Assembly: GCA_964424305.1 (NCBI GenBank)
Contig: CAYRHW010000002.1
Coordinates: forward strand, 2,115 to 66,114
Direction of reading: 5' to 3'
Source of the DNA: an uncultured Candidatus Saccharibacteria bacterium
GTDB taxonomy: Bacteria > Patescibacteriota > Minisyncoccia > Minisyncoccales > Staskawiczbacteraceae
DNA length: 64,000 bases
The notes beneath the pieces were generated by a model. It made no database searches and was not told the DNA's origin. It saw only the letters and a list, made by a program, of their open reading frames with translations. This document shows positions 31,069 to 41,677 of the stretch, one piece after another (position 1 is the first letter of the stretch; every line of letters starts with the position of its first letter). The translations under genes were made by a program, and so were the position numbers.

Positions 31069-34000
31069 TTAATTAGTTGCTGTAATTATTCTTTTTTGCA
31101 TTCTGTCACGATAAAAGATGTAACCAGAAAAAATGAACATTAATATAATAACTAAAATTTTCCAATCAAAATATTTCACAAACCAATTGCTACTCTTAAG
31201 CTCGATATTTTCATGCACCCCAACCCCATTTTTAACCTCAAATTCTTCGCCCCTATAGGACGTGTAACCACGAGCCTCCACGGTTATATAATAACTCCCT
31301 TCCGGGACCAAGAAAGAATACTTACCAGTAACATCGGTTACTTGTGGGTTTGTTTGTTGATATTTCTTTGCTGGCCAAATCTCGTAGACTTTTGTCTCAG
31401 GGTTCATCCAGTATAGGGTGACCCTGCTATCTCTAATTCTTATCTGTCCTTCTGGCTTTTGGTAATAAATATAACCCTCTGGATCAACAACGACGATTAG
31501 GCTTGTTTGAGTTGATTTTATCTTTCTATCTTGATAATCAATGACCGTTGTAATTTCATAGTCCCCATCAACGGCTGGAGCAATTATATCTGCTATCCAA
31601 ATCCCATCTTTGTCTAGATCTAAATAATCAAACTCTTGTAAAACTAATCTATCTCCGTTATTGGCCACTTCCTCTTTGGGACTCCCCAGCAAAGAGGCAG
31701 TAATCAAATTTGAATCGCCCCCGTTCAAAGACACTGAATTTCTTTGCTTAACAAGGAAATAACCGGTTACCGCCCTTGCTTGCTTCTCTGGCTTAACAAT
31801 TAGTTGTAGCCCCTTATTTGAAATAACATCTATTTTCTGCTGTGGTTCACCCTCTTGGCTGATAGAAACATTGATATTTTGGTCAATTAGCCCGCCACCA
31901 GTTCTGGCGAAAACAATTTCAGTGGGTATTTTCATCTTTGCGCCATTGGTTAGATCGCCGATAGAAACTCCCGCTGGAGCAAATCCACCCGTACCCATAC
32001 TGGCTCCGGGCAAACTTACCATTTCCGCTAACCCGGGCAACACAAAGTTATTCCCCAACAATTTACTGACATCTGATGCCCTAGAGACACCTATCTCTCT
32101 AAACGCCGAATCCAACTGAGGTATCTTCTGAGAAAGGACGCTTAACTCTCTCGGCATCGGCCCCAGAATAAAGGTCTCAACATTCCCCACCGACAAAACA
32201 TCTATTTGTTTCCTAAATACAAATGGTGTTTCTTTCGTGACAACCTCCTCTATCGGAGGACTCTCTACGCTTGGTACCTGACCCGAACCTATTATTCCTC
32301 CTATCCCTTCCACCACCTTACCGATACCATTAACAATTTGCCCCGGCAGCTTAGTTATACCCTCGGCCACATTGCCGGTTGACTCAATCACCTCTCGGAC
32401 AATTGTTTTCTTCCCGAGATATATTGAATCAGAGTATGCCTCCGATGACTGACCGTAGGAAGTAAAGAATTTAACATAAACAGTTTTATCTCCATTTCCT
32501 TCTGGCAATACCCAGCGAACAATATCTTGATATGGTTGCTGAACTGCGTTTGTAAACTCTGGATTATTAGATATGGCCATTCGCTCAACGTCTGAGCCTG
32601 CTTTCAACAAAAGGACGACTTCTGGATTTTCTGTAATAGAGTCGTTGTTATTTATAAAAACTGAGAATCCCCCAGCAGGAATAACCGGCGCCACATAGGC
32701 ACCAGAAGGTAATCCACTACCACCACACCCCTTTGTATCTATGGTGGCTACATCGGTAAAACTAGTTTCTGCATCATTTCCATTTCTTGCTTTAACTCTA
32801 AAGGCATAATTGGTATCACAGGTTAAGCCAGAAGAAGACCAGAACAAAGATGTTACCCAACCAGAATTTGTATTGTTACTAGTGTTTTCGATATAGTATT
32901 GAGTGCCCGACGGGTTTGAATTGGCTGTCCAAGTGGCTGTAATTTGACTAAGAGAATCAGCGCTTAAGGTAAGGGAGGAAGGAATATTAGCTAAGGTGTA
33001 TTTAGAGGAAGGAAGAGAGTAGGCAGATACATTACCCATCACGTCTCTTGCCTGCACACGATAGGCGTATATTGTTCCTGGGTTAAGTGGCGTATCCACC
33101 AAAGTATTTGAAGCTTGCCATCCTAATTCAGTAGTATCTCTCTTAAATTGATAGGCGGCAGTAGCGTGAAGACCAGACTCTGAATCAGTGGCTGTATTAG
33201 CCACCACAGTTATGCCAGTTGTTGTGTCGGCTGTAGTTGAAGAAATCCCAATGTTGGTAGGTGGGGTTACATCCCCATAGTTAATATCTGCGTTACAAGT
33301 TTCATCAAAACTACAGAATATATCAAGGGCACAATCGGCGGTTACTGTACAAGCAGCACCTATGCCCCCACAAATATTATCGGTACCACAAAAGTGGCTA
33401 CCGCAATCGTTATTGGTGGTGCAGGAGCCACCAAGGGCCACAGCCTGAGTGGTTGCAGATAAGGTGCTGGAATAATTAGAGATGTTTCCTGTTGCATCTT
33501 TGGCTCTGACTTCGTATGTATATTGAGTGTTTGGAGTTAAGCCTGAATCTACATGTGTTGTTGAGGATTGCCAACCAGATGAAGTTGCTCCTGGGTTGCC
33601 AGTAGTTTCTTGGAATTGATATGGGCTGGCATCTAATCCTGAGCCACTGTTATCTGTTGCTGTTCCGCTAACAACTGTAATTTGAGTTGATGAGTTGGCC
33701 GTTGCAGAAGATAGCGCAACGGTCGGAGGGGTAAATACCCAATTTAGGTTGTTGCCACTACTGGTGAAATAGCTTCCTGTGATTTGCTTGCCGACACCAA
33801 CCAATGCATCAGAATCTTTAACATCAACATAGCTCACGGCTAGAGTTGCAGTTGGATCAACGCTCAACTTCCATTGGGTCGGAGTAGAATTTGATCTTAA
33901 GCTTAACAAATTTCCTGCAATTCCATTCAGAGTAATGGTTCCACCTGCAGCGATTGATGTTGTGGATCCGGAAGCGAAGGTTAGGGTGCGTGCAGTGGTG

Positions 34001-37000
34001 ACGGATTTGGTTAGGTTATAGAAGGTGGTGTCGCCGGTGATGGATTGGTTGGTACCATTAAAGGTAACGGCTCCGGTGGTTGTAGAAAATGCACCGTTGT
34101 TTGCCCAGTTTCCGCCAACAGAAATATTATGGCTTCCCATGGTTAAGGTTGAGCCAGCATTAACAACTAAGTTGCCACCAGTACTAATATTTGAGCTAGG
34201 GGTAAATGTGGAAGATGTCGTGTATTTATTGAAATTCAAGAGTCCTCCGGCGGTGATGCCAGCGACCGTGTTTGAGCTACCTTCAGCGGTTAAACCTATG
34301 TCGGCACTGCCCGTTGTAACCAAGTCTCCACTGAGTACTAAGGTTTTGTTGTAAACAATAGTTGTGCTAGCAGAATTGGTCATTGTGCCAACAGTTAAAT
34401 TTCCCGTTGAACTATTTGTAACCCATATATTGTTATGATTTCCAGTTATGTTGATACCACCTGAGACGGCAGCGGGTATTGTGTGAGAACCAAAGCCGCC
34501 AATATCGTAATTATCTGCCGTCAAGTTCAATGTTGTTGCGGTTATAGTGGAAGAACCATCTCCATAAATTGGCCCAGAGTTGGTAAGGTTTACGGTTGTA
34601 GCTCCAATTGCTCCGGTTATATTTAATCCAGCTGCAACTTTATCCACCAGCGTAAATGTTTTTCCGCTGGCGCTGACTGTGCTAAGATTTGTAATATTAT
34701 TATTTGCATTATCAAGAGTGCTGGTTCCGCCGGTATTTGTATAAACAAAAGTGGTGGCTGTTAGCGGACCGGATTGAGTTGTGGTGCCGGTATTGGTTGA
34801 GTTATTAAGGGTAAATGTGCGTCCTGTGGTGTTGATGGTGCCAAGGGCGTTGATGGTGTTAAAAACGCTGGACAATGTAGTGTCGGCACTTGTATTTGTA
34901 TAAATAAAAGTATCCGCCCTCATAGGGTTCGACTGTGTGGTGGTGACCGTGTTGACAAGAGTGAATGTTCTTCCGCTAACGTCAATTGTGCCAAGGGCGC
35001 TGATTGCGTTTTGTTGGTCAAGCGTGGTGTTAGCTGATGTGTTTGTATAAATAAAAGTAGACGCAGTTAAAACTCCTGTTTGGGTGGTTGCGGCAGTGTT
35101 GGTAAGAGTGAATGTTCGGCCCGTGGCATTGATTGTGCCAAGCGCGCTAATTACATTGCTTTGGTTAAGCGTAGTATTTGCCGAGGTGTTTGTATAATTA
35201 AATGTAGCGGCGGTTAACGCCCCAGTCTGAGTTGTGGCAACGGTGTTTGTGAGGGTGAATGTTCTCCCTGCGGCACTAGCATTAAAACCACTAATCGCAT
35301 TATTTTGATCAAGTGTAGTATTAGCTAAAGTATTAATATAGGTGAAACCAGCGGCGGTTAAGACGCCGGTTTGAGTGGTGGCGACTGTGTTGGTAAGCCT
35401 AAACACCATATTAGTACAATTAATTGTACCTAGCGTGCTGATAACATTTGATTGAGTTAGCGTTGAATCGTTTGAAGTATTTGTATATACGAAAGTGCCG
35501 GCGGTTAACACGCCCGTTTGAGTAGTTGCAACGGTGTTTTTTAAATTGAACGTGCGGCCAGCGGCATTAATCGTTCCAAGTATCCCGATTGCATTGCTTT
35601 GAGTTAATGTCGTGTCGGCCGATGTGTTGGTGTAGACAAAGGTTCCAGCTGTTAAAACTCCAGACTGAGTTGTGGTTGCAGTGTTTACAAGAGTTACTGT
35701 TTGCCCGGTGGCAGTAATTGTGCCCAAAGCCGAAATTGCATTTGTTGCGCTGTCTAATGTTGTGGCTCCAACAGAGTTGCTTATTGCTAAGGTCCCGACG
35801 GTAATTGTGCTTCCAGCATACTGAGTAATACTACCACCCGTGTCTGCTAAACTTAGAGTTCCTGTAACGCTTGAAGTGTCAATCACAAGCGGAGTTGCTT
35901 GAACTGTTTTAATGTATGCATTGCGACCGGTTTGAGTTGTTAATTTCAATGTTCCCGTAACTGCCACATCTATTTCTAAATTGGCCCCACTGGCGCCTAT
36001 ATCATAACTAGTGCCATTAGTAATCATCTCTAGATTAACAGCGGAAATTGGGTTAGTCCCAGCACTGGCTTCTTTAATTCTTGATGCTTGGAGCTTAAAA
36101 CTAGTGTTACTGAAATTAATTGGACCATAAATGTTCGCTGTATTTAAGGAGCCAGTCAATCCTGCTTTCCCCATAATAATTTTACTATTAACCCCAGTCA
36201 CTCCCGCGCCAATAGTCACCAAGCCGGTAGGGTCAGCATCAAAGCCAGTGCCTAAGTCTTTTCTACCACCAAGAGCCATCCCAACGTTAGTTCCTCCGGA
36301 TGGTAGAAGGCTAAGAGTCCCCGTAGTAACAAATCCGCCGGTTGGAGTATTCCCCGGAGTATATCTATTAGTAGTAATCGTTATATTTCCAGCACCGGCC
36401 GAAATTGCGATACCATCACTTTGCTGATAAAGGCCGGAACCGCAATTAATCGACACGTCGCTGCCAGAACCATAGGTTGTGTCTACATTACCGGTAACCC
36501 AAATACCGGTGTTACCATTAGTTATGGTCAGCACCCCGCGTAAGGTTGTAACTCCCAAATATTGGATTGCGTTTGTTTGCGTTCCAAGATTTAATCCTCC
36601 GCCGGTGTCTGTAACAGACAAAGTTCCGGCAGTTACGGCGCCGGTTTGATCCAGGGCGAGGGTATTTTTTAAGGTTACCGTCTGACCGGTTGCATTTATC
36701 GTCCCCAAATGAGTTATGGCATTTGTCGTACTGTCTAGTGTTGTTGCTCCAACTGTGTTGTTTATTGCTAGTGTTCCGGCAGTAATTGTGGTTGATGCGG
36801 CCTGAGTTATCGCGCCACTTGTATCATTAAACAAACTCAATTTGCCACCGACAGTTGAGGTTCCAATTGCGTATCCAGAAGCAGAAGCAGACTCCACATA
36901 TGCATTGTTAGAACCCGCTGTCGCCAAATTAACAGTTGTTACAGCAAAATCAATTGCGGAAGCAAAGGATGCTCCGATATCTCCGGTATAAGCATTAAGC

Positions 37001-40000
37001 GTTAGGGTTGTAGCAGTAATTGCTCTTACTTTCCCTCCGTCTGTGATAGATCCTGCGTTTAATGTTAATGTTTTGCCCGTGAATGCAACGGCGGCACCAA
37101 TAGTCAAAGCTCCAGTGCTTGAAGTGCTTCCAATTACGATTGGGCCAGTTGCTCCGGTCAAAATAGTTGATATTTCATCTGCAGACAAGTCAAACGCCCC
37201 ACCGCCGCCCAACGACATGGTTGTGCTTGCGGTTGATGGCTTTAATGTTAAGGTTCCAGAAGTTGCAAATGGATTATTACCAGAATTAATATTAATTTGT
37301 ATTACATCGGCAGTGATAGTAATAGCACCGCCAATTGTTGAAGTTAAATCTCGGTTGGCATATTGCGAATAAGTTCCGGTACCGCAATTAATTGCTATCG
37401 TGCCGTTTGAAGTTACAGATATGTCTCCATCAACATTAAGGCTAGCATTAGAATTCGTAAAACTAAAATCTCCAACGGAACTCGAATCACGCATTAACGT
37501 AACAGCATTAGCACCACCCAAATTAACTGTGGAGCTACCGATTACTGATAAGTTGAGCGCGTTAATTACTCCGCTTTGCGCAACTGCCCCGATTGAAGTT
37601 AAATAAAATGTTGCGCTGGTTGTTACGTTTCCTAAATTTGTACTATCGCCGGTTGAATTAAGATAAATAATACCTGAACTGTTCCCAATTACTATTGCGC
37701 CGGTTGTTTTAACATCTAAATAATCGCCACTGGCTCCGATATCGCCACCGCCCACGAGCGTAAGCGCCCCTGTTCCCAAATCAAAATTGTCTGCAGTTGT
37801 GTTTCCATCTGTCATCGCGGTATTAAAATTAACCGTAACTGCTTTGTTAGACACAGTAGTGATTTTTAAAATATCTGTTGCCGTCCCACCATTAATCGTT
37901 GTGTCGGTATTGAATGTTACATTGTTAATATCCAAAGCTCCCGTGTTGCCAGCGGCTCCAATTGTTAAACTTGTGCAATTGGAATTAATTGCCAATATTT
38001 CTTGGTCGCTCAAATTAAATGTTCCGGTTGGCGAACCATCTCCAATACCAACGGTTGCGTTGGTCGTTTCCGGTTTTATTGTTAAAGTTCCAAGCACATT
38101 AATACTTGAGCCAGCAGAAGTACCAAGCTCCATCCCATCACCAATTAGCGTGGTAGTGCTATCCTGTGTCCCTCCGGAAATTCCATACACGCCTTGGGTA
38201 AATGTCCCATTCCCGACATCAATTAAAAGCGATGTTCCAAAACTTATCTGACCAGTCAGAGCAAGATTATTACTCCCGTTATCTAAAGAAAATCCTTCTG
38301 AGACAACAGTATCATATAGGTTTGAAATATTATTTATATTGCCGTTTAGGTCTACATTACTAACACCGTAGCCACCAACGGCTAGGGTTGTTGCCGATAT
38401 TGCTGCTGATTGAAAAACCTCGTCTGCCGATTCAATTGTTAATAAATTTATCTGTCCTGAGCCATTTTTAACCGCACCATTAAAATCTAACGGACCAGTA
38501 AAGGCTCGAATATTTAAATTATCCTTCGTCTCAATGGCACCCAAATTACAACCAGAGCCACAAACCATTATTATGCTTGTGTCGTAACTACTAGATAGGG
38601 CAGATATTGTGCCCGCCGATGAATCAATCACACTGACGCCCGCACCATAGCCAATCTCAATGGTTGCATCGTTGACTATTAAATTTCCCGTAATAATTAA
38701 AGAATTTAATGCATTGCCATCTGCAATTTTAAACGGATGGCCATTGGAGAAATAGTTTATACTAGAAATTGTTAAATCAGATGCTCCGGCGTTAGTCCCG
38801 GCATCCAAATATAAATAATTAGAATAAATATTTCCAGGTGAATTATTAAATGACCCAGAACCAGAATTGTCTGTATCAACTTTTAAATACACAACCCTTT
38901 CTGGGGTACCCACGGTACCGATATCTCCAGTTTGAGCAATGTTGCCAGTTGAATAAATATATGTGTCTGCCACTCCTCCTCCACCGCTACAACCCTCGGT
39001 GACGCCACCAATAGATACCGAAGACGGTGCATAAACGTTTCCGATCCTAAGGTCTCCACTACAGGTCTGCACACCAGTAAGCGTAAAAGAGCCAGATCCG
39101 GCATAGGTCCCGTTTAGGCCGATTACACCAGTGTCGTCAGAATAAATTGACCCGCCAGTTTGATTAATCGAGCCGGCGCTGACAAGAAGTTGGCCTCCGT
39201 TTGACCAAATATTTCCACCGCTCAGTAATAACGTCCCATTTATAGTTAACAGAATACCATCGCTTGGATTGATATTTCCTCCAGCCATTGATAAATTGCC
39301 GGCAACTGTGATGGCACTTGTCATATATATGGTGCTATCGTATCCAGCCGAAATAGTCATGGCGGCCACACTAACATCAGACATAGCAACTGCATCATTA
39401 TCGCAATCGCCGTCAAAAATAATTGTGTCGTCAACGGTTGGCGCAGAACCAGCGTCCCCCCCACCACAACCAGAAGGATCTGTTGTTTTCCAGGCACTAC
39501 CAGTAGCAAGATTTATATTATCAAAAGCATTTCCCACCCAATATAGCGTCCTTCCCTCCGGGTCGGTAATTAAATCAAAATTAACACTTCCAATAACCCT
39601 TAGGTCAAATGAATCAGTTGGCGCTGGAAGGTTTGTAAGAAAGAGTTTGTATTTGGCCTCGTCGGTAATATTGAAGGTGGTAATTAAATTTTTGCCGTTC
39701 TTCTCATATACTTCAACTTGAGCCGGATTTCCGTCGGCTGATTTCGCATATAGAGTAATGTCGTTTACACTTGTGAGTTCTTTTTCAAATACTGCTCTTA
39801 CATATTCACCGCTGTTAACTGTTTCTGACCAAACTCCGTCTTGCGCTTTTGTCTGGTCATAAATATCAGAAATTAATTCTTTGCTAGCATCCAGGTGCCA
39901 CGCCCCGGTGATATTGATAACGATTGTATATGTTTGAGTTGAAAGGTGAGGAACAATCCATTCAATGTAATCTATAAATCCATTATTGTTTAAATCATAG

Positions 40001-41145
40001 GCCGTGAATACTGTTGGTTCTTGCGTCCCATCTGGTAATTCATGAAAAATCTTTATAGCTTCCTGTCTATCTATGGGGATGGTATCGTCTAACTCAGTGA
40101 AAGCAAGAACGTTGGTATATTGTAGCTCGTCGGGGGCGGAGATGGTGACTTCCTTCTCCTGTTGAATTGGATCATTATTGGTGATGACCTCTGTAATTTC
40201 TGGAGCAGGTGTTTCGTATTCAACGGTGACGAATTGCACCTCTGGAGCAGGAACCTCTACTTGTGGTTGTTCCGTTGGAGTTTCCTCTATTATTGGTTCC
40301 TCAACAACCGGCTGTTCTTCTGTTATCGGCGTTGTCTCGGGCTCCGCTGGTGTCACTTCTGGGCTTGCAGGAACCTCCTCTGTAGCTGGCGTTTCAACGA
40401 CTGGTTGTTCCTCGGAGATAGATGGCGCCTGATCAACTAAGTTCCCCACATCAACAAAAACAGCGTCTGGTGTTTGGACGACATCTGTATCTTCTCCACC
40501 CACCAACTGAGAGACCAACTGATCGACCGTGGTCTCAACGCTGGCAGTAGCTCTTTTAATGTAATTCAAAACACTGCCCAAGGCTGACCTCAATGGATTA
40601 ATCTTGGCGATCTGAATACTCTGTTTTGCTTGGGCGATAAACTGCTGCCTGCTCCCCAATGTAATTACTTCTTTTGAGGGAGTGACTCTCTTCGAAATTG
40701 TCTTAACAACAACATTGCTAACTGATTTTGGAAGCTTGATGAAAGATTGGCCGCTCTTAATGATACTGACTGGGATTGTCTTTGTTTGTCTTACTATTTG
40801 GCCTGCAATAATCTGTGGCTTGTCTTCGTAGTATATTCCATTCTTGGCAACTATCTTTGCTTCGGGAACATTTGAGAAAATGATGGAGAAAAAACTGACA
40901 ACACTCAAAAGTGCGATCAAAAGTAGGCCAAGAGAAAAGGCAAGGGTTACTTCTTCTTTTCTTTTCTTGTTGCGAATAAATTCTTTTACAAACTCTGGTT
41001 TGATGAAACTGTGGAAAGTTGCTTTACCCCTCTTCTTTTTCTTTGGAAAGAGAGAAATGATAGAAGATTGGATTTTAGCAAACCATTCTTTGAGAGAAAC
41101 AAAAACATCTTTTAGTGTTTCTGTAATTTGTTGCAGAGTTAACAT
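31069..41145 (-). CDS. Giant surface protein 2 (3358 aa): same termini as giant 1; different beta-helical/Thr-rich passenger, Cys-rich module and FN3-like domains
   Basis: MLTLQQITETLKDVFVSL vs MLTQQQIAEKLKGVFVSL; shared YETPAP, AYDxxxNGxxDYxEW, KTVYVKFFTxYG, DxDxDGIW, DPEGYIYYQ, WPAKxYQQxNPQ, YFDWK+TM. Confidence 0.9.
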   Translation of the reverse strand: MLTLQQITETLKDVFVSLKEWFAKIQSSIISLFPKKKKRGKATFHSFIKPEFVKEFIRNKKRKEEVTLAFSLGLLLIALLSVVSFFSIIFSNVPEAKIVAKNGIYYEDKPQIIAGQIVRQTKTIPVSIIKSGQSFIKLPKSVSNVVVKTISKRVTPSKEVITLGSRQQFIAQAKQSIQIAKINPLRSALGSVLNYIKRATASVETTVDQLVSQLVGGEDTDVVQTPDAVFVDVGNLVDQAPSISEEQPVVETPATEEVPASPEVTPAEPETTPITEEQPVVEEPIIEETPTEQPQVEVPAPEVQFVTVEYETPAPEITEVITNNDPIQQEKEVTISAPDELQYTNVLAFTELDDTIPIDRQEAIKIFHELPDGTQEPTVFTAYDLNNNGFIDYIEWIVPHLSTQTYTIVINITGAWHLDASKELISDIYDQTKAQDGVWSETVNSGEYVRAVFEKELTSVNDITLYAKSADGNPAQVEVYEKNGKNLITTFNITDEAKYKLFLTNLPAPTDSFDLRVIGSVNFDLITDPEGRTLYWVGNAFDNINLATGSAWKTTDPSGCGGGDAGSAPTVDDTIIFDGDCDNDAVAMSDVSVAAMTISAGYDSTIYMTSAITVAGNLSMAGGNINPSDGILLTINGTLLLSGGNIWSNGGQLLVSAGSINQTGGSIYSDDTGVIGLNGTYAGSGSFTLTGVQTCSGDLRIGNVYAPSSVSIGGVTEGCSGGGGVADTYIYSTGNIAQTGDIGTVGTPERVVYLKVDTDNSGSGSFNNSPGNIYSNYLYLDAGTNAGASDLTISSINYFSNGHPFKIADGNALNSLIITGNLIVNDATIEIGYGAGVSVIDSSAGTISALSSSYDTSIIMVCGSGCNLGAIETKDNLNIRAFTGPLDFNGAVKNGSGQINLLTIESADEVFQSAAISATTLAVGGYGVSNVDLNGNINNISNLYDTVVSEGFSLDNGSNNLALTGQISFGTSLLIDVGNGTFTQGVYGISGGTQDSTTTLIGDGMELGTSAGSSINVLGTLTIKPETTNATVGIGDGSPTGTFNLSDQEILAINSNCTSLTIGAAGNTGALDINNVTFNTDTTINGGTATDILKITTVSNKAVTVNFNTAMTDGNTTADNFDLGTGALTLVGGGDIGASGDYLDVKTTGAIVIGNSSGIIYLNSTGDSTNLGNVTTSATFYLTSIGAVAQSGVINALNLSVIGSSTVNLGGANAVTLMRDSSSVGDFSFTNSNASLNVDGDISVTSNGTIAINCGTGTYSQYANRDLTSTIGGAITITADVIQININSGNNPFATSGTLTLKPSTASTTMSLGGGGAFDLSADEISTILTGATGPIVIGSTSSTGALTIGAAVAFTGKTLTLNAGSITDGGKVRAITATTLTLNAYTGDIGASFASAIDFAVTTVNLATAGSNNAYVESASASGYAIGTSTVGGKLSLFNDTSGAITQAASTTITAGTLAINNTVGATTLDSTTNAITHLGTINATGQTVTLKNTLALDQTGAVTAGTLSVTDTGGGLNLGTQTNAIQYLGVTTLRGVLTITNGNTGIWVTGNVDTTYGSGSDVSINCGSGLYQQSDGIAISAGAGNITITTNRYTPGNTPTGGFVTTGTLSLLPSGGTNVGMALGGRKDLGTGFDADPTGLVTIGAGVTGVNSKIIMGKAGLTGSLNTANIYGPINFSNTSFKLQASRIKEASAGTNPISAVNLEMITNGTSYDIGASGANLEIDVAVTGTLKLTTQTGRNAYIKTVQATPLVIDTSSVTGTLSLADTGGSITQYAGSTITVGTLAISNSVGATTLDSATNAISALGTITATGQTVTLVNTATTTQSGVLTAGTFVYTNTSADTTLTQSNAIGILGTINAAGRTFNLKNTVATTQTGVLTAGTFVYTNTSNDSTLTQSNVISTLGTINCTNMVFRLTNTVATTQTGVLTAAGFTYINTLANTTLDQNNAISGFNASAAGRTFTLTNTVATTQTGALTAATFNYTNTSANTTLNQSNVISALGTINATGRTFTLTNTAATTQTGVLTASTFIYTNTSANTTLDQQNAISALGTIDVSGRTFTLVNTVTTTQSNPMRADTFIYTNTSADTTLSSVFNTINALGTINTTGRTFTLNNSTNTGTTTQSGPLTATTFVYTNTGGTSTLDNANNNITNLSTVSASGKTFTLVDKVAAGLNITGAIGATTVNLTNSGPIYGDGSSTITATTLNLTADNYDIGGFGSHTIPAAVSGGINITGNHNNIWVTNSSTGNLTVGTMTNSASTTIVYNKTLVLSGDLVTTGSADIGLTAEGSSNTVAGITAGGLLNFNKYTTSSTFTPSSNISTGGNLVVNAGSTLTMGSHNISVGGNWANNGAFSTTTGAVTFNGTNQSITGDTTFYNLTKSVTTARTLTFASGSTTSIAAGGTITLNGIAGNLLSLRSNSTPTQWKLSVDPTATLAVSYVDVKDSDALVGVGKQITGSYFTSSGNNLNWVFTPPTVALSSATANSSTQITVVSGTATDNSGSGLDASPYQFQETTGNPGATSSGWQSSTTHVDSGLTPNTQYTYEVRAKDATGNISNYSSTLSATTQAVALGGSCTTNNDCGSHFCGTDNICGGIGAACTVTADCALDIFCSFDETCNADINYGDVTPPTNIGISSTTADTTTGITVVANTATDSESGLHATAAYQFKRDTTELGWQASNTLVDTPLNPGTIYAYRVQARDVMGNVSAYSLPSSKYTLANIPSSLTLSADSLSQITATWTANSNPSGTQYYIENTSNNTNSGWVTSLFWSSSGLTCDTNYAFRVKARNGNDAETSFTDVATIDTKGCGGSGLPSGAYVAPVIPAGGFSVFINNNDSITENPEVVLLLKAGSDVERMAISNNPEFTNAVQQPYQDIVRWVLPEGNGDKTVYVKFFTSYGQSSEAYSDSIYLGKKTIVREVIESTGNVAEGITKLPGQIVNGIGKVVEGIGGIIGSGQVPSVESPPIEEVVTKETPFVFRKQIDVLSVGNVETFILGPMPRELSVLSQKIPQLDSAFREIGVSRASDVSKLLGNNFVLPGLAEMVSLPGASMGTGGFAPAGVSIGDLTNGAKMKIPTEIVFARTGGGLIDQNINVSISQEGEPQQKIDVISNKGLQLIVKPEKQARAVTGYFLVKQRNSVSLNGGDSNLITASLLGSPKEEVANNGDRLVLQEFDYLDLDKDGIWIADIIAPAVDGDYEITTVIDYQDRKIKSTQTSLIVVVDPEGYIYYQKPEGQIRIRDSRVTLYWMNPETKVYEIWPAKKYQQTNPQVTDVTGKYSFLVPEGSYYITVEARGYTSYRGEEFEVKNGVGVHENIELKSSNWFVKYFDWKILVIILMFIFSGYIFYRDRMQKRIITATN
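34650..35850 (-). repeat. 7-8 tandem repeats of about 49 aa (147 bp) in giant protein 2
   Basis: NTVATTQTGVLTAxTFxYTNTSAxTTLxQxNAISALGTINATGRTFTLT repeated; more divergent copies near 36550-36830. Confidence 0.85.
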
Positions 41146-41198
41146 TTAACTATTGTATAAATTAAAAATACAAAAGATACCTTTTCGAATATTAATAA

Positions 41199-41227
41199 AT
41201 TATACACAATAAATTATTGTAAAGCAA
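41199..41227 (-). promoter_or_regulatory. Sigma70-type promoter of giant gene 2
   Basis: TTGCTT-17 nt-TATAAT. Confidence 0.6.
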
Positions 41228-41238
41228 ATATCTAAAAG

Positions 41239-41267
41239 TTGACCTATTAATTTTAATTTGATATACT
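41239..41267 (+). promoter_or_regulatory. Sigma70-type promoter of the holin-like/secG cluster
   Basis: TTGACC-17 nt-TATACT with extended TG, 10 nt before ATG. Confidence 0.7.
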
Positions 41268-41277
41268 GGCACTATCA

Positions 41278-41673
41278 ATGAGGAAAATTGTTTCTCGCAT
41301 CATAGCTGGCATTTTGGGCCTAGGAATAGCCGTCTGGTTTATTCCCGGAATTGTCCTAAAAGTATCCCCGGATTCTAACTTTTTTGGTGTCCCCTTAACT
41401 ACGGAGTGGCATGTTATAGTGCTTTTGGGCATTGTTATTGGGATAATCAACTCCTTTGTAAAACCGCTATTAGATATTATAACCCTTCCGCTAAGAATAA
41501 TCACATTGGGAATCTTCGGCTTCATAGTCAACATCGCCTTGATCTGGGCCGTTGACTTAATCTTTCCAGAGATAACCATTGGCTGGTTCTTCCCACTCCT
41601 CTGGACAACGTTAATTATTTGGGGGTTGAATATTATACTCCCCGCATTATTTACAAAAAAAGAAAAAATTTAA
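41278..41673 (+). CDS. 4-TM membrane protein, phage-holin-like family (DUF360-type)
   Basis: GIINSFVKPLLDIITLPLRIITLGIFGFIVN. Confidence 0.85.
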   Translation: MRKIVSRIIAGILGLGIAVWFIPGIVLKVSPDSNFFGVPLTTEWHVIVLLGIVIGIINSFVKPLLDIITLPLRIITLGIFGFIVNIALIWAVDLIFPEITIGWFFPLLWTTLIIWGLNIILPALFTKKEKI

Positions 41674-41677
41674 ACAC

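Noticed and set aside
24540-35850. Tandem repeats as CRISPR arrays or DGR template/variable repeats
   Set aside because: In-frame coding repeats with synonymous divergence; no spacers, cas genes, reverse transcriptase or adenine-specific pattern seen
18497-40440. Many plus-strand ORFs opposite the giant genes
   Set aside because: Antisense shadows of Gly/Thr/Ala-rich codons with no independent signals
41278-41673. Holin-like gene as evidence of a prophage
   Set aside because: No integrase, terminase, capsid or endolysin nearby; it sits in a housekeeping cluster with secG
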